This document shows, one piece after another, positions 17,181 through 25,738 of a DNA stretch of 50,258 bases (position 1 is its first letter; each line of letters begins with the position of its first letter). Source of the DNA: Gemmatimonadota bacterium. GTDB lineage: Bacteria > JAAXHH01. The notes beneath the pieces were generated by a model. That model saw only the letters and a program-made list of their open reading frames with translations. It was not told the origin of the DNA and ran no database searches. A program made the translations under genes and the position numbers. The DNA lies in assembly GCA_026713285.1 (NCBI GenBank), contig JAPOOT010000370.1:1-50258 (forward strand). The letters are read 5' to 3'.

Positions 17181-18401
17181 CTACAACAGGGCTACGATCC
17201 GGCTTCTCACACGATCCAGCCATCCTCCTTCCGTATCATGGCGCCATTTTTTGCCTGACGAGGTGTCCGCTGCATGGCGCAACAAGCCTACACCTGTTGC
17301 GTACAGGGGGGCGTTCCCATCCTTGGCCAGGCCGTGAACTTCCTCCGGCGCACCGATTTTCGCGGACATGCCGAAGACCTGTTCCGTCAGTTTCGCAATA
17401 CCCGGCATCAGCGCACCGCCGCCTGTGATAACGATACCGGTGCGGACCAGGTGTTCGAATCCACTGTTCCTGATCGTCTCCCGAGCGAGGACCAGAAGCT
17501 CCTTGATCCGCGGGCCGACCACGAACGCCAATTCCTCCCGCGTCACCATACGCGACTCGCGTCCGCCGACCCCGGGCACTTCAATCATGTTGTCCCTTTC
17601 CGAGCGGACATACACCGCGCTCGCGTAGTGCCGCTTTATTCGTTCGGCATCTTCATGCGGCGTGCGGAGACCGATCGCGATATCGTTCGTAAGGTCGATG
17701 CCTCCGGCGGGAATAACCGACGAATGCCGAATGCTGCCGTCTTGGAACAGCGCGATGTTCGTGGTGCCCCCGCCGAGGTCGAGGAGAACGACACCCAGCT
17801 CTTTTTCGTCGGATGTGAGCACCGCCTGGCTCGCGGCGAGCGAATCGAGGACGATTTCCCGGACTTGAATTCCGGACTGCATGATGCAATTGCGTACATT
17901 CCGCAACGAGGTGATCGCCCCGGTCACGATGTGCACCAGCACTTCAAGCCGGACGCCGGACATGCCGCACGGGTCGCGGATGCCGCACTGGTCGTCCACG
18001 ATATAGTCCTGGGCGAGCACATGGATGACCTGGCGGTCCATGGGAATCCGCAGGGCCGTGGCGGAATCGAAGGCGCGAGCAACGTCCTTACGCGTCACGC
18101 CCCGTCCCCCGTCGGACGAAATGGCCACGACGCCTCTGCTGTTGACACTTTCGATGTGATCGCCGGAACACCCGACATAGACCTCGCTTATCCTGGCTTC
18201 GGCCGCCTGTTCCGCGGCCTGGATCGTCTCCGAGATCGAACGGGCAGCTTCGTCCATATTGACCAGGACGCCTCGCCGGAGGCCCTGGGACCGGCTCGTG
18301 CCCTCGCCCAGGATCCGGAGGCCGGCGTCAGTCATCTCGCCGATCAACACGACCGTTTTGGTCGTGCCCAGGTCGAGCGCAGCCATACATTCACGGGCCA
18401 T
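17181..18401 (-). CDS. ftsA: Cell division protein FtsA
   Basis: Actin/HSP70 fold motifs LDLGTTKTVVLIGE and LDLGGGTTNIALF. AGGAG lies 6 nt upstream of the ATG. Sits between ftsQ and ftsZ. Confidence 0.93.
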   Translation of the reverse strand: MARECMAALDLGTTKTVVLIGEMTDAGLRILGEGTSRSQGLRRGVLVNMDEAARSISETIQAAEQAAEARISEVYVGCSGDHIESVNSRGVVAISSDGGRGVTRKDVARAFDSATALRIPMDRQVIHVLAQDYIVDDQCGIRDPCGMSGVRLEVLVHIVTGAITSLRNVRNCIMQSGIQVREIVLDSLAASQAVLTSDEKELGVVLLDLGGGTTNIALFQDGSIRHSSVIPAGGIDLTNDIAIGLRTPHEDAERIKRHYASAVYVRSERDNMIEVPGVGGRESRMVTREELAFVVGPRIKELLVLARETIRNSGFEHLVRTGIVITGGGALMPGIAKLTEQVFGMSAKIGAPEEVHGLAKDGNAPLYATGVGLLRHAADTSSGKKWRHDTEGGWLDRVRSRIVALL

Positions 18402-18419
18402 GCGAAACTCCTTTTGCCG

Positions 18420-19262
18420 CTATGAACGCCTGTCCAGGGACCGGCTGGATACGACTGGGCGGACGATAACCTGGTCCTTGAACCTCAGATCGATCAACCG
18501 GGTCCTGATGGCGTCGGCTTCCAACCGCTCCACAGTTCGTTTGAGCATCTCGATCTTCCGGGGGTAGTGACCCGTTCCGAACCGTATGGCCAATCCGCCT
18601 TCCACCATGTAAGCGATCGGGTCATTCGGTCTGGACACGTGAATCTCGGATAACTCGTCGTACATCCCCGGAGACATCGCTCTGAGCACCCGCATGAGGT
18701 AGAGGGCGCGGCCCATCTCGGGATCGACCAGCATGGCTTCCCTGAGCGTTTCGAATTGAAGGTCCCGCGATTCCGCGGCGCCTGATTCCGGCCGGAAACC
18801 TGAAGCGTCGACGGTAATCACCGGGAGGTCCGGCAACCCGTTTCCCGGTGAAAGCGGGATCAGCTCGGCGCGTTCGGAGACTCCGTAGAGGCGATCCAGC
18901 TGTACAATGGCGATGGGCCGCAGTTCCTTCACCCGGACGACGACGGTACCGGGTAACCTCCTGCTCAACGCGACCCGATCGAACCGCCTGTCGAGCAAGA
19001 GTCGCCGTCCGGTCTCCTCGAGGTCGGCCGACCAGATGTTCCTGCCCATTTCGAGGCCGGAAACCCGGATGATGTCCTCCTTGCCAGCGATCCTGTTCCC
19101 CTCGACGACGATGGCGTCCAGATTGAAAACCGGCGAGTTCTCCATCCACCTGGACAGCGCCAGACCTCCCATGACCAGTCCGGCCGTCGTGCCTGAGGCG
19201 AGCAGGACGATCGCAAGTCCGGTCATCAAACGGTATGTGGAACGCATCCTGTTCGAATTCAT
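18420..19262 (-). CDS. ftsQ: Cell division protein FtsQ (POTRA domain)
   Basis: Start trimmed to ATG 19260-19262 (MNSNRMRSTYRLMTGLAIVLLASG...), which forms an ATGA overlap with the murB stop. Single TM segment followed by a POTRA-like region (FNLDAIVVEGNRIAGKEDI). Lies upstream of ftsA. Confidence 0.82.
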   Translation of the reverse strand: MNSNRMRSTYRLMTGLAIVLLASGTTAGLVMGGLALSRWMENSPVFNLDAIVVEGNRIAGKEDIIRVSGLEMGRNIWSADLEETGRRLLLDRRFDRVALSRRLPGTVVVRVKELRPIAIVQLDRLYGVSERAELIPLSPGNGLPDLPVITVDASGFRPESGAAESRDLQFETLREAMLVDPEMGRALYLMRVLRAMSPGMYDELSEIHVSRPNDPIAYMVEGGLAIRFGTGHYPRKIEMLKRTVERLEADAIRTRLIDLRFKDQVIVRPVVSSRSLDRRS

Positions 19263-20185
19263 ACCACGCCCGATTTCATCACGCGCACCTCGAGTGCGAG
19301 GGCTACGCCGGTTCGCGCGAAGACCCGTTCGCGAACCAGATCGATCAACCGCAACGCGTCCGACGCCGTTGCACCACCCTGGTTGATTACGAAATTGCCG
19401 TGGATTTCGGACACCCTCGATCCACCGACCTGAAGTCCTTTGCACCCGGCCGCGTCGATCAGCCTTCCGGCACTGTCGCCCACCGGGTTTTTGAACATGC
19501 ACCCGGCACTCTGATCGGAGGACGGCTGCGTGCGCTTTCTGTATTCGGTGAAGACCCTTATGCGTTCATGCACGTTTTCCGGTTCATCCGGCGTCAGCCT
19601 GAACACCGCCCCGGTCACGATGCCGTCCGGCTCAATTTCACTTTCCCGATAGGAAAACCCGGCCTGCGAAGCTCTGATCGTCACGATGTCGCCGGATGGC
19701 CGAATCATTTCCACAGACTCCACTACAGCGCCCAGATCACTCCCGTGAGCGCCGGCGTTGCCCCGGATGGATCCGCCAACCACGCCGGGTATCCCGGTGC
19801 AGAACTCCAGTCCGCTCAGTCCCGCGGCCGCCGCCGACCTGGCGAGTCGAGGCAGGCTGACGCCCGCGCCCGCCCGGATGAAATCACCTTCCTGCGCCAA
19901 ATGCCACAACGTCCCCTCCACCGGGACCGCGCCTCTTATCTTGATTACCAGACCACGGAATCCGTCATCCGAGAAGAGGATATTGCTCCCGTTTCCCACC
20001 ACCAGCCAGGGTATCCCGCGCACGCTTGCAGCGGTGACGACATCCAGCAGTTCCGATCGGGTTCGAGGCAGACACATCACGTCCGCCGGCCCTCCGACCC
20101 GGTAAGTGGAATGCCGATCAAGGCCCTCGTCGCACCGCAGCCGTTCGGAAGGGATCGTCCCACTGAGCATTTCAGATACATGCAT
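19259..20185 (-). CDS. murB: UDP-N-acetylenolpyruvoylglucosamine reductase
   Basis: FAD-binding N-terminus (HSTYRVGGPADV, VVGNGSNILF) and the C-terminal MurB domain (GSRVSEIHGNFVIN). Confidence 0.92.
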   Translation of the reverse strand: MHVSEMLSGTIPSERLRCDEGLDRHSTYRVGGPADVMCLPRTRSELLDVVTAASVRGIPWLVVGNGSNILFSDDGFRGLVIKIRGAVPVEGTLWHLAQEGDFIRAGAGVSLPRLARSAAAAGLSGLEFCTGIPGVVGGSIRGNAGAHGSDLGAVVESVEMIRPSGDIVTIRASQAGFSYRESEIEPDGIVTGAVFRLTPDEPENVHERIRVFTEYRKRTQPSSDQSAGCMFKNPVGDSAGRLIDAAGCKGLQVGGSRVSEIHGNFVINQGGATASDALRLIDLVRERVFARTGVALALEVRVMKSGVV

Positions 20186-21590
20186 GGGACCTGACCCCGC
20201 GTTTCCGAAGTAGTTCGCAAACCTGCCGTCCTACTTCGTCGATGTCCCCCGCGCCGAGCGTCAGCACCATGTCCCCTTTTTCGAGATCGTCCACCAGGGT
20301 GGTCGCGATCCGGTTCTTGTCCGGCATGTACGCGACGCCTCCTCCGAATGCGCTCGACGCCCTGACGATCAACTCACCCGTAACCCCCTCCCGCGGCGTT
20401 TCCCTGGAGGGGTACACGTCCGTAACGATCTTCCGATATGCGGGAAACCGCCCGAGTACGCGCCCGAATTCGCGGCACAGATGCTGCGTTCGGCTGAAGA
20501 GGTGGGGTTGGAAAATGACGAACATGCGCCGGGCTCCCGCGTTCGACAGGGCAAGCAACGCCGCCTCGATTTCGACGGGATGGTGGGCATAGTCGTCCAC
20601 TACCTCCACACCGTGAATCCTTCCGAGTACTTCGAAACGTCTCCTCAGTCCCCGGTAATCCGCCAGGGCCGTCAGGGTCCGCTCGGCGGGTATTTCGAGA
20701 TAATCGGCCACACCGATGGCCGCCAGGGCGTTGACCAGGTTGCACTCGCCGGGCTGAGGCAGAACCAGCCGGCCGGCCGGAACGTCCCTGACGAATACTT
20801 CGGCGGAAACGCTCCAGCCTTCGGACGTCACCCGGTCTGCCCGGATGCAGGCGTGACCGGAAAGGCCGTAGGTCACCAGCCGGCGGCGCAGCGCGGGACT
20901 GATCCTGCGGATGCCCGGGTCGTCGGCACACACGAACAACGGCCTGTCCTCGGGCACGAGATGGGCGAAAGTGGTGAAGGCTGCATCTATGGCTTCCTGC
21001 GATCCGTAGTATTCCAGGTGGTCTGCGTCCACCGATGTGATTACTGCCGTAGTCGGAGCCAGCGCATGGAACGAACGATCATATTCATCGGCTTCCGCGA
21101 CCATCCACGATCCGCTGCCGTGCCGGACGTTGGATCCGTTCTCCGTCATGATCCCGCCTATGGCGGCGGTCGGATCCAGGCCCGCGGCAGCCAGTACGTT
21201 TACGATCATCGCCGACGTGGACGTCTTGCCGTGAGCGCCCGCAACGGCGATACTTCGTGCCCCGCGCATCAGCATACCGAGCAGTTCGGCGCGGCGGACC
21301 GAACGTACGCCATGCCTGCGGGCCGCTTCGAGTTCGGGATTGTCTTCCGGAATTGCGGAAGAGTACACGATCAGGTCCGCACCCGCCGCGTTGCCCGGGT
21401 CGTGGCTGTGGAAGACGGACGCTCCGAGACCGCTGAGCCGGTCCGTCAGCTGCGTTCGCCGCAGGTCCGATCCGCTCACTTCGTATCCAGATTCGAGCAT
21501 CAGTTCAGCCAGACCGCTCATTCCGATTCCGCCTATGCCGATGAAATGCGCGTGACGGCATGCAACGTCCGAATTTTGCCGATCAGTCAT
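20172..21590 (-). CDS. murC: UDP-N-acetylmuramate--L-alanine ligase
   Basis: HFIGIGGIGMSGLAE, VAGAHGKTSTSAM, Mur ligase middle and C-terminal domains. The ATG overlaps the ftsW 3' end by 8 nt. Confidence 0.94.
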   Translation of the reverse strand: MTDRQNSDVACRHAHFIGIGGIGMSGLAELMLESGYEVSGSDLRRTQLTDRLSGLGASVFHSHDPGNAAGADLIVYSSAIPEDNPELEAARRHGVRSVRRAELLGMLMRGARSIAVAGAHGKTSTSAMIVNVLAAAGLDPTAAIGGIMTENGSNVRHGSGSWMVAEADEYDRSFHALAPTTAVITSVDADHLEYYGSQEAIDAAFTTFAHLVPEDRPLFVCADDPGIRRISPALRRRLVTYGLSGHACIRADRVTSEGWSVSAEVFVRDVPAGRLVLPQPGECNLVNALAAIGVADYLEIPAERTLTALADYRGLRRRFEVLGRIHGVEVVDDYAHHPVEIEAALLALSNAGARRMFVIFQPHLFSRTQHLCREFGRVLGRFPAYRKIVTDVYPSRETPREGVTGELIVRASSAFGGGVAYMPDKNRIATTLVDDLEKGDMVLTLGAGDIDEVGRQVCELLRKRGVRSHACI

Positions 21591-22725
21591 ATTTCAGTCT
21601 CTGGCACCGGTATGTCATTCTTGAAATATTCAGCAGTATCCCGATGCTCATCATGCAGAAAAGCAGCCAGGACCCGCCATAGCTCAGGAAGGGAAGCGGA
21701 AGCCCCGTGGTGGGCAGCATGCCCGTCACCACACCGATGTTCACCAGCATGTGCAGTGTGATAAGAATAGTAAGCCCGGACGCCAGGAAAAACCCGAAGG
21801 TGTCAGGCGCCATGCGGGCGACCCTGAAACCTCTCCAGGCGAATACGACAAAGAGGGCCAGCACCGCCATCGACCCCAGAAAACCGAGTTCTTCGCCAAT
21901 CACCGCGAACACGAAATCAGTGTGGGGATCGGGAAGGAACAGAAACTTCTGACGGCTTAGTCCCAGACCGTTTCCAAATACGCCGCCTGTACCCAGACTG
22001 ATCAGCGCTTGTTGCAGTTGGTAGTCCGCGCCTTGCAGATTGACGGTCTGATCGACGGAATTGCCGAAAAGCCGATCGAAATAAGCCATGAGACGCTGCC
22101 GGCTGTGCGCCGATGAATACAGTCTGTAGAAAAGGACCGGCAACATGATCCCCACGGTGCTTGCCAGGTGCAACATCCGCGCGCGGCCGATGTAGAGCAT
22201 CGCGAACGAGGTTGCGGCAAGCACGATCGCGGTACCGTAATCCGGCTGCAGGACAATCAGCAGGCAGGCTGCCGCGACCACCGCTATTCCGGGCAGAAAG
22301 CCGATGAAGAAACGGTCCATGACGTTCTGGCGCCTGTCCAGCCAGTAGGCCAGGTAGATGACCAGGGCGACCTTGATCCCTTCCGCGGGCTGAATCGTCG
22401 TGGAGAACATGCTCAAGGTGCGGGTCGCGCCCCGGATCGTCAGGCCGATACCGGGAACAAAGAGGAGCGCGAGAAACACCATGCCGACGGCAATCAGGAA
22501 CGGGGACCACTTCCCGAGTTTCTGGTAGTTCAGGCTGGCGAACAGGACCAGGATGACGATTCCGAGGAACAGCCTGACCAGGTAGCGTTTGACGAAGAAA
22601 CCACTGTCGCCGGAAAACATCTCTTCGGCAACGGCTGAACTCGCGCTGTAAACCATGACCGATCCCACGCCCAGGAGGAGCAGGGATGAAACCAGCAGTG
22701 GAAGATCGATTCGCTGATGTAACAC
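21583..22725 (-). CDS. ftsW: Cell division SEDS protein FtsW
   Basis: FtsW/RodA family (LPDPHTDFVFAVIGEELGFLGS, PLPFLSYGGS) located inside the dcw cluster. GTG start at 22723-22725 with GGAG 7 nt upstream, 4 nt after the murF stop. Confidence 0.9.
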   Translation of the reverse strand: MLHQRIDLPLLVSSLLLLGVGSVMVYSASSAVAEEMFSGDSGFFVKRYLVRLFLGIVILVLFASLNYQKLGKWSPFLIAVGMVFLALLFVPGIGLTIRGATRTLSMFSTTIQPAEGIKVALVIYLAYWLDRRQNVMDRFFIGFLPGIAVVAAACLLIVLQPDYGTAIVLAATSFAMLYIGRARMLHLASTVGIMLPVLFYRLYSSAHSRQRLMAYFDRLFGNSVDQTVNLQGADYQLQQALISLGTGGVFGNGLGLSRQKFLFLPDPHTDFVFAVIGEELGFLGSMAVLALFVVFAWRGFRVARMAPDTFGFFLASGLTILITLHMLVNIGVVTGMLPTTGLPLPFLSYGGSWLLFCMMSIGILLNISRMTYRCQRLKYD

Positions 22726-22729
22726 GGAA

Positions 22730-24151
22730 TCACTCCGATTCGGTATGGCCCAGTGCTACTTCCAGGGATTCCACGATCGTTTCCATTCGCATGCCGCGCG
22801 ATCCCTTGACGAGTATGACGTCGACGGCTTCAATTCCCGCCATTGCCGCAGCGACCGCCTCGTCGTTGGAAAGACAGGACGAGACGCGCGACGCCGGCAT
22901 CCCCGCATGCATCGCGGCTCCGGCGATCTCGCGGGCCAGCTCACCCACCGTGACGATCCGTTCCGCCACATCCGCGGCGCGTTTTCCGATTTCCCTGTGC
23001 GCCGCCATGCCCAGCTCGCCCAGTTCCAGCATATCCCCGAGGACGACCAGTTTACGGCCTCCGGCAGTCGCCAGCGTGTCCAGGGCCGCCTTCATCGACG
23101 ACGGATTGGCATTGTATGTGTCGTCGATCAGGTGCACGGCGCCCACCTTCCTGTATTCCATGCGCATGGGCGTGGGATCCAAGCTTCGCAACGCGCGAGC
23201 GATGTCCTGGTCGTCGATTCCCGATATCCTGCCCACCGCCACGGCGGCCATGGCATTCGTGACCTGGTGTTCCCCCAACAGGTTTATTCGAAAGGATGCG
23301 CCATCCGACAAGGCGAAAGTCGACCCGGTCAGTGCGGTCGTTGCGCTTGCCAGCCTTACGTCGGCTCCCTCGCTGCGTCCAAACGTGACGACTCGCGCCG
23401 GACTGCGAACGGCCTGCTTCATGACGAGGGGGTCGTCGGCGTTTAGCACCGCGCTTCCCGCCTCCGGCAGGTTGTCGAGGATTTCGCCCTTGGCCCGGGC
23501 GATTCCTTCGATCGACTCGAAAAACTCGATATGCGCGGGCCCCACGTTGGTGATCACGCCAACGGACGGACTGGTCATTCGGGACAGCCGGGTCAGTTCA
23601 CCTGCCCGGTTCATACCCAGTTCAAGTACCGCGGCGCCATGGCCTTCGTGCAACGAGAACAGCGATTCGGAGACTCCCAGCTGGCTATTCAAGTTCCCCG
23701 GTGTTTTGAAAACCCTGTAGCGCTCTCCCAGCACGGCGGCCACCATGTTCTTCGTGGTGGTCTTCCCGCTGGAACCCGTAACCGCGATTACTGGCAGATC
23801 GAATCGTCTTCGGTGCCAGCCGGCGAATGCCTGCAGGGCCGGAAGTACTTCCGGCACGACGATCCGCGCGTCATCCGGAGTCTCCCGGTCCGGCCGACCC
23901 GCGAGCCAATCGGCCGCAACCAGCGACGCACACGCTCCCGAGCGCATGGCTTCAGGCACGAAATCGTGACCGTCGTACCGTTCACCTGCAATCGCGACGA
24001 ACAGGTTGCCCTCCGCGATACGCCGCGTATCGGAACAAACGCCCGTGATCCGCCTGTGACCAAGCGCGGGGATGGATACATGCAGTCTCCCGCCCATGAT
24101 ATCGGCAATTTCCAGCAAGGTGGGCGCCGCCGACCCATTGCGGTTATCCAT
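22730..24151 (-). CDS. murF: UDP-N-acetylmuramoyl-tripeptide--D-alanyl-D-alanine ligase
   Basis: LLEIADIMGG, DSRRIAEGNLFVAIAGERYDGHDF-type N-terminus, VTGSSGKTTTKNM. I prefer ATG 24149-24151 (8-nt overlap with the murE stop) over the TTG at 24214. Confidence 0.92.
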   Translation of the reverse strand: MDNRNGSAAPTLLEIADIMGGRLHVSIPALGHRRITGVCSDTRRIAEGNLFVAIAGERYDGHDFVPEAMRSGACASLVAADWLAGRPDRETPDDARIVVPEVLPALQAFAGWHRRRFDLPVIAVTGSSGKTTTKNMVAAVLGERYRVFKTPGNLNSQLGVSESLFSLHEGHGAAVLELGMNRAGELTRLSRMTSPSVGVITNVGPAHIEFFESIEGIARAKGEILDNLPEAGSAVLNADDPLVMKQAVRSPARVVTFGRSEGADVRLASATTALTGSTFALSDGASFRINLLGEHQVTNAMAAVAVGRISGIDDQDIARALRSLDPTPMRMEYRKVGAVHLIDDTYNANPSSMKAALDTLATAGGRKLVVLGDMLELGELGMAAHREIGKRAADVAERIVTVGELAREIAGAAMHAGMPASRVSSCLSNDEAVAAAMAGIEAVDVILVKGSRGMRMETIVESLEVALGHTESE

Positions 24152-25688
24152 AGTGCGCCTCGAGACATTCCCTGGCCTTGAACCGATCGTCGAACTCGAT
24201 TTGCGATTCGCCAACGATCTGGTAGGCCGTGTCTCCTCTTCCGGCGATCAGCACGGTGTCTCCTTCGCCGGCATCGCTGAGGGCCTTATGGATCGCTTCG
24301 CCGCGGTCCTGGACTATATGGGACCGGACGTGGGGCAGGAGACCCGGCTCGATATCTCTTATGATCCGGTCGGGCGGTTCCGTTCTCGGGTTGTCGGTCG
24401 TCACGATGACCACGTCGGCGTGGGTGGACGCCGCACGGGCCATCAGCGGCCGCTTGCCGGGATCACGGTCCCCGCCGCAACCGAATACGACGGTCAGGCT
24501 TCCACGGGTCCATTCCCGGCAGGCGGATAGCACGGCGCCGAGTGCGTCGGGCGTATGGGCGAAATCCACGAGCACGTTGAAAGGCTGTCCAGCCTCGACG
24601 CGCTCAAGCCGGCCGGGTACCCTGACTCGTGACATGGCCCGGCTCATCAGTTCACAGTCGATGCCGAATCCCAGCCCCACGGATATGGCTGCCAGGGCGT
24701 TGTACGCGTTGAAACGACCCAGGAGAGGCAAGGTCACGTTGAAAGGGGGACCGGATTGAATCTGCACTTTCATGACGGTCCGGTCAGCATAGTATCCTAT
24801 CGGACCCGCCCTGCGGACGTCGGCCTTCTTGTCCAGTCCGTATGATCGCACCCGCGCGCGCGATGCGTCCTTGAAATGGACATAGGCCGGATCGTCCATG
24901 TTCAGGACGGCGTTGCCTTTCTCCTCGAGGTATTTCGAGAAAAGCACCATCTTCGCTTCCCTGTAAGCGTCGAAGGTCTTGTGGTCGTCCAGGTGTTCCC
25001 TGGAGAGATTCGTAAAGACGCCCGTGGTGAATCGCAGGCCGGACAGGCGTTGCCAGACCAGGCTGTGAGAGGAAACTTCCATGACGACGCATTCGCCTCC
25101 CCGGTCCCGGATCTTCCTCAGGGTGCCGTGCAGCTCCATCGGATAGGGCGTGGTGTGGCCCAGTTTCCAGTCGAGCACATTGCCCATGAACCGGCTGCCC
25201 AGCGTGCCAATCCCGCCCACGGCCCAGCCACATTCCCGAAGGATAGCCTCGACCAGCAATGACACGGTCGTCTTTCCATTGGTCCCCGTAATACCGATCA
25301 GACAAAGGTCGGCCGCCGGCTGACCGTAGTACGCCGCGGCCATTAAGCCCAGAGCCCTGGAAGTGTCCGGAACGCTTATCACGATCGCGTCATCCAGGCC
25401 CTCCTCGCTTTCCTGTACCACTACCGAAGCGCCCCGTGCAACCGCGTCGCGGGCGTACCTGCGGCCGTCGCGGCCCGAAGGCTCGCGGAGCGCGACAAAA
25501 ACGTCGCCTGGCTCTACGGACCTCGAGTCATGGACTATGGTTCCAATCTCCTGGTCCGCCTGGTCCGCATGGTCCGCATATTCCGCATAGTCCGCCTGGA
25601 CTGCCCGGTCCGCCCGGTTCGTGGCATTCAGCCGGCTGATGACCTTTTTTTGAGGTAACGCGGCCAGCAATTTCGAAAGCTGTTTCAA
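24144..25688 (-). CDS. murE: UDP-N-acetylmuramoyl-L-alanyl-D-glutamate--2,6-diaminopimelate ligase
   Basis: HDSRSVEPGDVFVAL, ITGTNGKTT, and TTDNPRTE (the DNPR motif is associated with meso-DAP-adding MurE). TTG start at 25686-25688. Carries an N-terminal (A-D/E-x)8 repeat insert. Confidence 0.92.
   Translation of the reverse strand: MKQLSKLLAALPQKKVISRLNATNRADRAVQADYAEYADHADQADQEIGTIVHDSRSVEPGDVFVALREPSGRDGRRYARDAVARGASVVVQESEEGLDDAIVISVPDTSRALGLMAAAYYGQPAADLCLIGITGTNGKTTVSLLVEAILRECGWAVGGIGTLGSRFMGNVLDWKLGHTTPYPMELHGTLRKIRDRGGECVVMEVSSHSLVWQRLSGLRFTTGVFTNLSREHLDDHKTFDAYREAKMVLFSKYLEEKGNAVLNMDDPAYVHFKDASRARVRSYGLDKKADVRRAGPIGYYADRTVMKVQIQSGPPFNVTLPLLGRFNAYNALAAISVGLGFGIDCELMSRAMSRVRVPGRLERVEAGQPFNVLVDFAHTPDALGAVLSACREWTRGSLTVVFGCGGDRDPGKRPLMARAASTHADVVIVTTDNPRTEPPDRIIRDIEPGLLPHVRSHIVQDRGEAIHKALSDAGEGDTVLIAGRGDTAYQIVGESQIEFDDRFKARECLEAHYG
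25551..25622. repeat. Eight tandem copies of a degenerate 9-bp unit (plus-strand consensus CTGGTCCGC) inside the murE 5' region
   Basis: ctggtccgc ctggtccgc atggtccgc atattccgc atagtccgc ctggactgc ccggtccgc ccggttcgt. In the murE frame this encodes TNR-ADR-AVQ-ADY-AEY-ADH-ADQ-ADQ. Confidence 0.9.
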
Positions 25689-25738
25689 CGCCTTGACCCT
25701 CTATGCCGTCATCCTCACCCTCATGAACGATGAATCGG

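Noticed and set aside
17113-17223. N-terminal extensions in the longest-ORF track: ftsZ to 17223, ftsQ to 19502, the SBP to 2479, prfA to 33142, ppiD from 33581, the phosphohexomutase to 37847, pfk to 4933, GT9 to 41164, murF to 24214, PHP to 13042 and DUF4212 to 47084.
   Set aside because: The extensions overlap the upstream gene or the tRNA and are Arg-rich junk. Internal ATG codons with a good SD or ATGA-type coupling give N-termini that match the families.
25551-25622. Considered whether the 9-bp repeat array, or the 48-bp repeats at 43191-43286, could be a CRISPR array or a mobile-element terminus.
   Set aside because: The repeats are head-to-tail with no spacers and lie in frame inside intact genes. 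No cas, transposase or integrase genes occur anywhere in the window. They are intragenic slippage repeats.
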